Origin: Setoptus koraiensis
Taxonomy: Eukaryota; Animalia; Arthropoda
Assembly: GCA_048013815.1 (NCBI GenBank)
Contig: CM106586.1
Span: forward strand, 4,278,001-4,342,000
DNA: 64,000 nucleotides
Direction: 5' to 3'
A program made the translations under genes and the position numbers. Numbering within the stretch: position 1 is the first letter of the stretch; every line of letters starts with the position of its first letter. Positions 61,767 through 64,000 of this stretch are shown here, in pieces. The notes beneath the pieces are model-generated. The model worked only from the letters and a program-made list of their open reading frames with translations. It made no database searches and was not told where the DNA came from.

Positions 61767-64000
61767 GCATTCGTCTAGCCAGTTACGTCGCGTGCCGTCA
61801 GTCTCACCAATTTATCCCCTGACGAGCGGGCCCACTGATGAAGCCAACTGATAACTGATAATTTTAGCCACAGTTCCAGTCACAGGCACTGTGGCACTCG
61901 AGCCCAGACAGAGCGAGCTCGCCAATGGAAAATTCAAATTTAATAACATGCGGCCTTGTTGTGGCCACTGTTGTCAATTTGGGGCCCGGCCAGCCAGTCG
62001 GCGAGCCGGTCAGCCAGCACTCAATCAATTAACTGTTTTGTTGGCGATGAGTGTATCGCGGCGTCATATTCGTGCCGTCGGACTGTGCCGGCCCGATTGG
62101 CCGGCGCGTTGGCAGTCAACCAAACACACTATTATGGTGTGTCCGTAGCGAGGGCTGTCACTCGTGAGAAGAGCCGTGCGGGGGCAGCGCCCATCAATAC
62201 GTGCCAGCATCGGCGCCTGCACGTGCACCGCCGTCAGCACTCGAGCGGGCGCGCATCATTTGCGCCCACCGACAGGGCCCGACAGACAGGAAGACAGGCT
62301 TTGGGCGAGACAGGGCCCCAATAATAATAGGCACCGGCGGCCGTGAGAGAGATTTGGCCGGCCGAGCGACAGACTGTGTGCCCGTTGCACAGAGAAACGG
62401 CACAAAGGGTAGCAAATTAATGGGTGGCGCTCCTTTCGCTCGATTCGGCGCTGGCGAGTCGCGAACGCACCTAGGTGCCCCGCGCACCGCGACACTCTGC
62501 CCAGTTCGCCCAGTGGGTTGCATGCTCGGCTGGCTGGCCCGCTTGCGCTGGCCTAAATTATTTAGGCTAAACAGCCCGGCAGGGCCAGTGCCGAAGCGGC
62601 TGCCGCTGTCGGGTCTGCGCGCCGTCCGGCTCGAATCTGGCGATCGCCATCCAATACCCATGGGCAAATTTAGTTCAATAGCGATATAGCCGGCCGATAT
62701 TGCTCGCCGGCCCCGCCAACTGTCAGGCCGGCGAGCCAGCGAGCGAGCTATTAGCGGCCCGTGCCTGCGCCGATCTGCCAATCTCGCAGCCAGCGCGCGG
62801 GGCCCCCGTCCGACATTCAGCTCAGCGCCGATATATAACTAGCGACATACCGCTCACACAACTATGTATACCCGGGTGATGCCTGGTGGCTGTAACTGGC
62901 GACATAATATAGTATAAAAAGTATTAGTGATATTATAACAAGCGGGCGGAATGGGGGCGCCGTCAATATGAGCGCCGCCGCGGGACGCGGAAAGGGGTTA
63001 AGGTGAGCGCCATCATGCGCACCGCTAGCGTTACCGCTGGCGCCGATTGGCCCGCTGCCGCATCGGGTCGGCCCGCTTGTCGCGGGCCGACGCGACCCGT
63101 TGCCCCTGGCGCCCCCTTAGTCACTTTTTGGGCCGGGCCGGGCCGGGCCGGAGCAGCGACCAGAGCGGGCCAGCGAGCCGAAAAATGGATATTTACAAAA
63201 CTGGACTCATTACGGGTGTTTTCTACGCGATGATTTCTGCCGCTCGGGCCGCGCTGACATTTTCTGGCGTTGACGTTGTTGACGTTTGTCGTTGGTGACA
63301 AATTGACAAATTGACAATTTGTCACGCGACACCAACAACAGTTGCCACCGTTCGGCTGTAGGTGGCCCCTCGATGAGGGCTCCATCCATGCGTCGCCTTT
63401 TGAGTGCGTATTTGCGGCCCAAGCGGCGCCCCAAACGGCGGCCGTGCCACTCACTCAAAAAGGTGTCGCATGTGTCATTTGGGTGACGACCAGATTTTCC
63501 CATTTATCAAATCGCTGCTAGAGCCAGTTGATATTTTAGTGGCGTATATTGCAAATCCAAATATTGACTGCATGCCACATTAGACACTGACAACTGCCGA
63601 ACAGGAAGCAGGCGCACCGGCTAATCGGGCGAAAAGCAAATGTTTAATCTCGCTGACTGTCTTGGCAAATAGGTGCCCCAGTGGGCTGGCAGCGCCACCG
63701 CCAGCCATGTGGAGCGGGTCGAGCGAGTGGAGCGGATCGAGCGTCGAGCAGGAAATATCGACTCAATATATTATCGGCGATCGGCGCATCGGCGGCTCAA
63801 AAATGCATTAGGCTAATTTCGGCGCCATTGCATGCGACTTTATTCTTGTCGCGGCCCCGTTCTAGACACGCGATATAATTTCATATCGAGCGTAAATATC
63901 CATCAACGGGGCCCATTAGTCGCGTTGACTGGCGTGCAAAATCGGGCGCGTCGGCGAGCGGGCGCAATGGTGCGCATTTGCATTTGTATTTGTATTTGTC

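Overview
Eukaryotic arthropod DNA with short GT-AG introns and an obstructor/CPAP3 cuticle gene. Several intron-poor genes and abundant CAA microsatellites suggest an acariform, possibly eriophyoid, mite (inference). The window has three zones. (1) 1-16.3 kb is gene-poor and repeat-rich, and holds the 5' part of a GRK2/Gprk1 kinase gene as one 1163-nt exon; its 3' exons were not found. (2) About 16.3-26.3 kb is a compact, AT-rich gene island: a 5-exon obstructor gene, two inverted selenoprotein K paralogues with Cys at the Sec position flanking intronless EMC8/9 and MFSD1 genes, and an orphan secreted 6-Cys peptide gene. (3) 26.3-64 kb holds a D2-like dopamine receptor (Dop2R) on the minus strand. 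Its TM4-TM5-ICL3 exon is a single stop-free 8813-nt exon, giving a third intracellular loop of about 2840 aa. Beyond its TM3 exon lie more than 27 kb with no recognisable exon, rich in minisatellites, near-perfect hairpins (one miR-100-like) and PAR-bZIP D-box motifs. The standout observation is the giant-loop GPCR. No CRISPR array, rRNA, tRNA or intact transposase was seen. Counts and alignments were done by eye.
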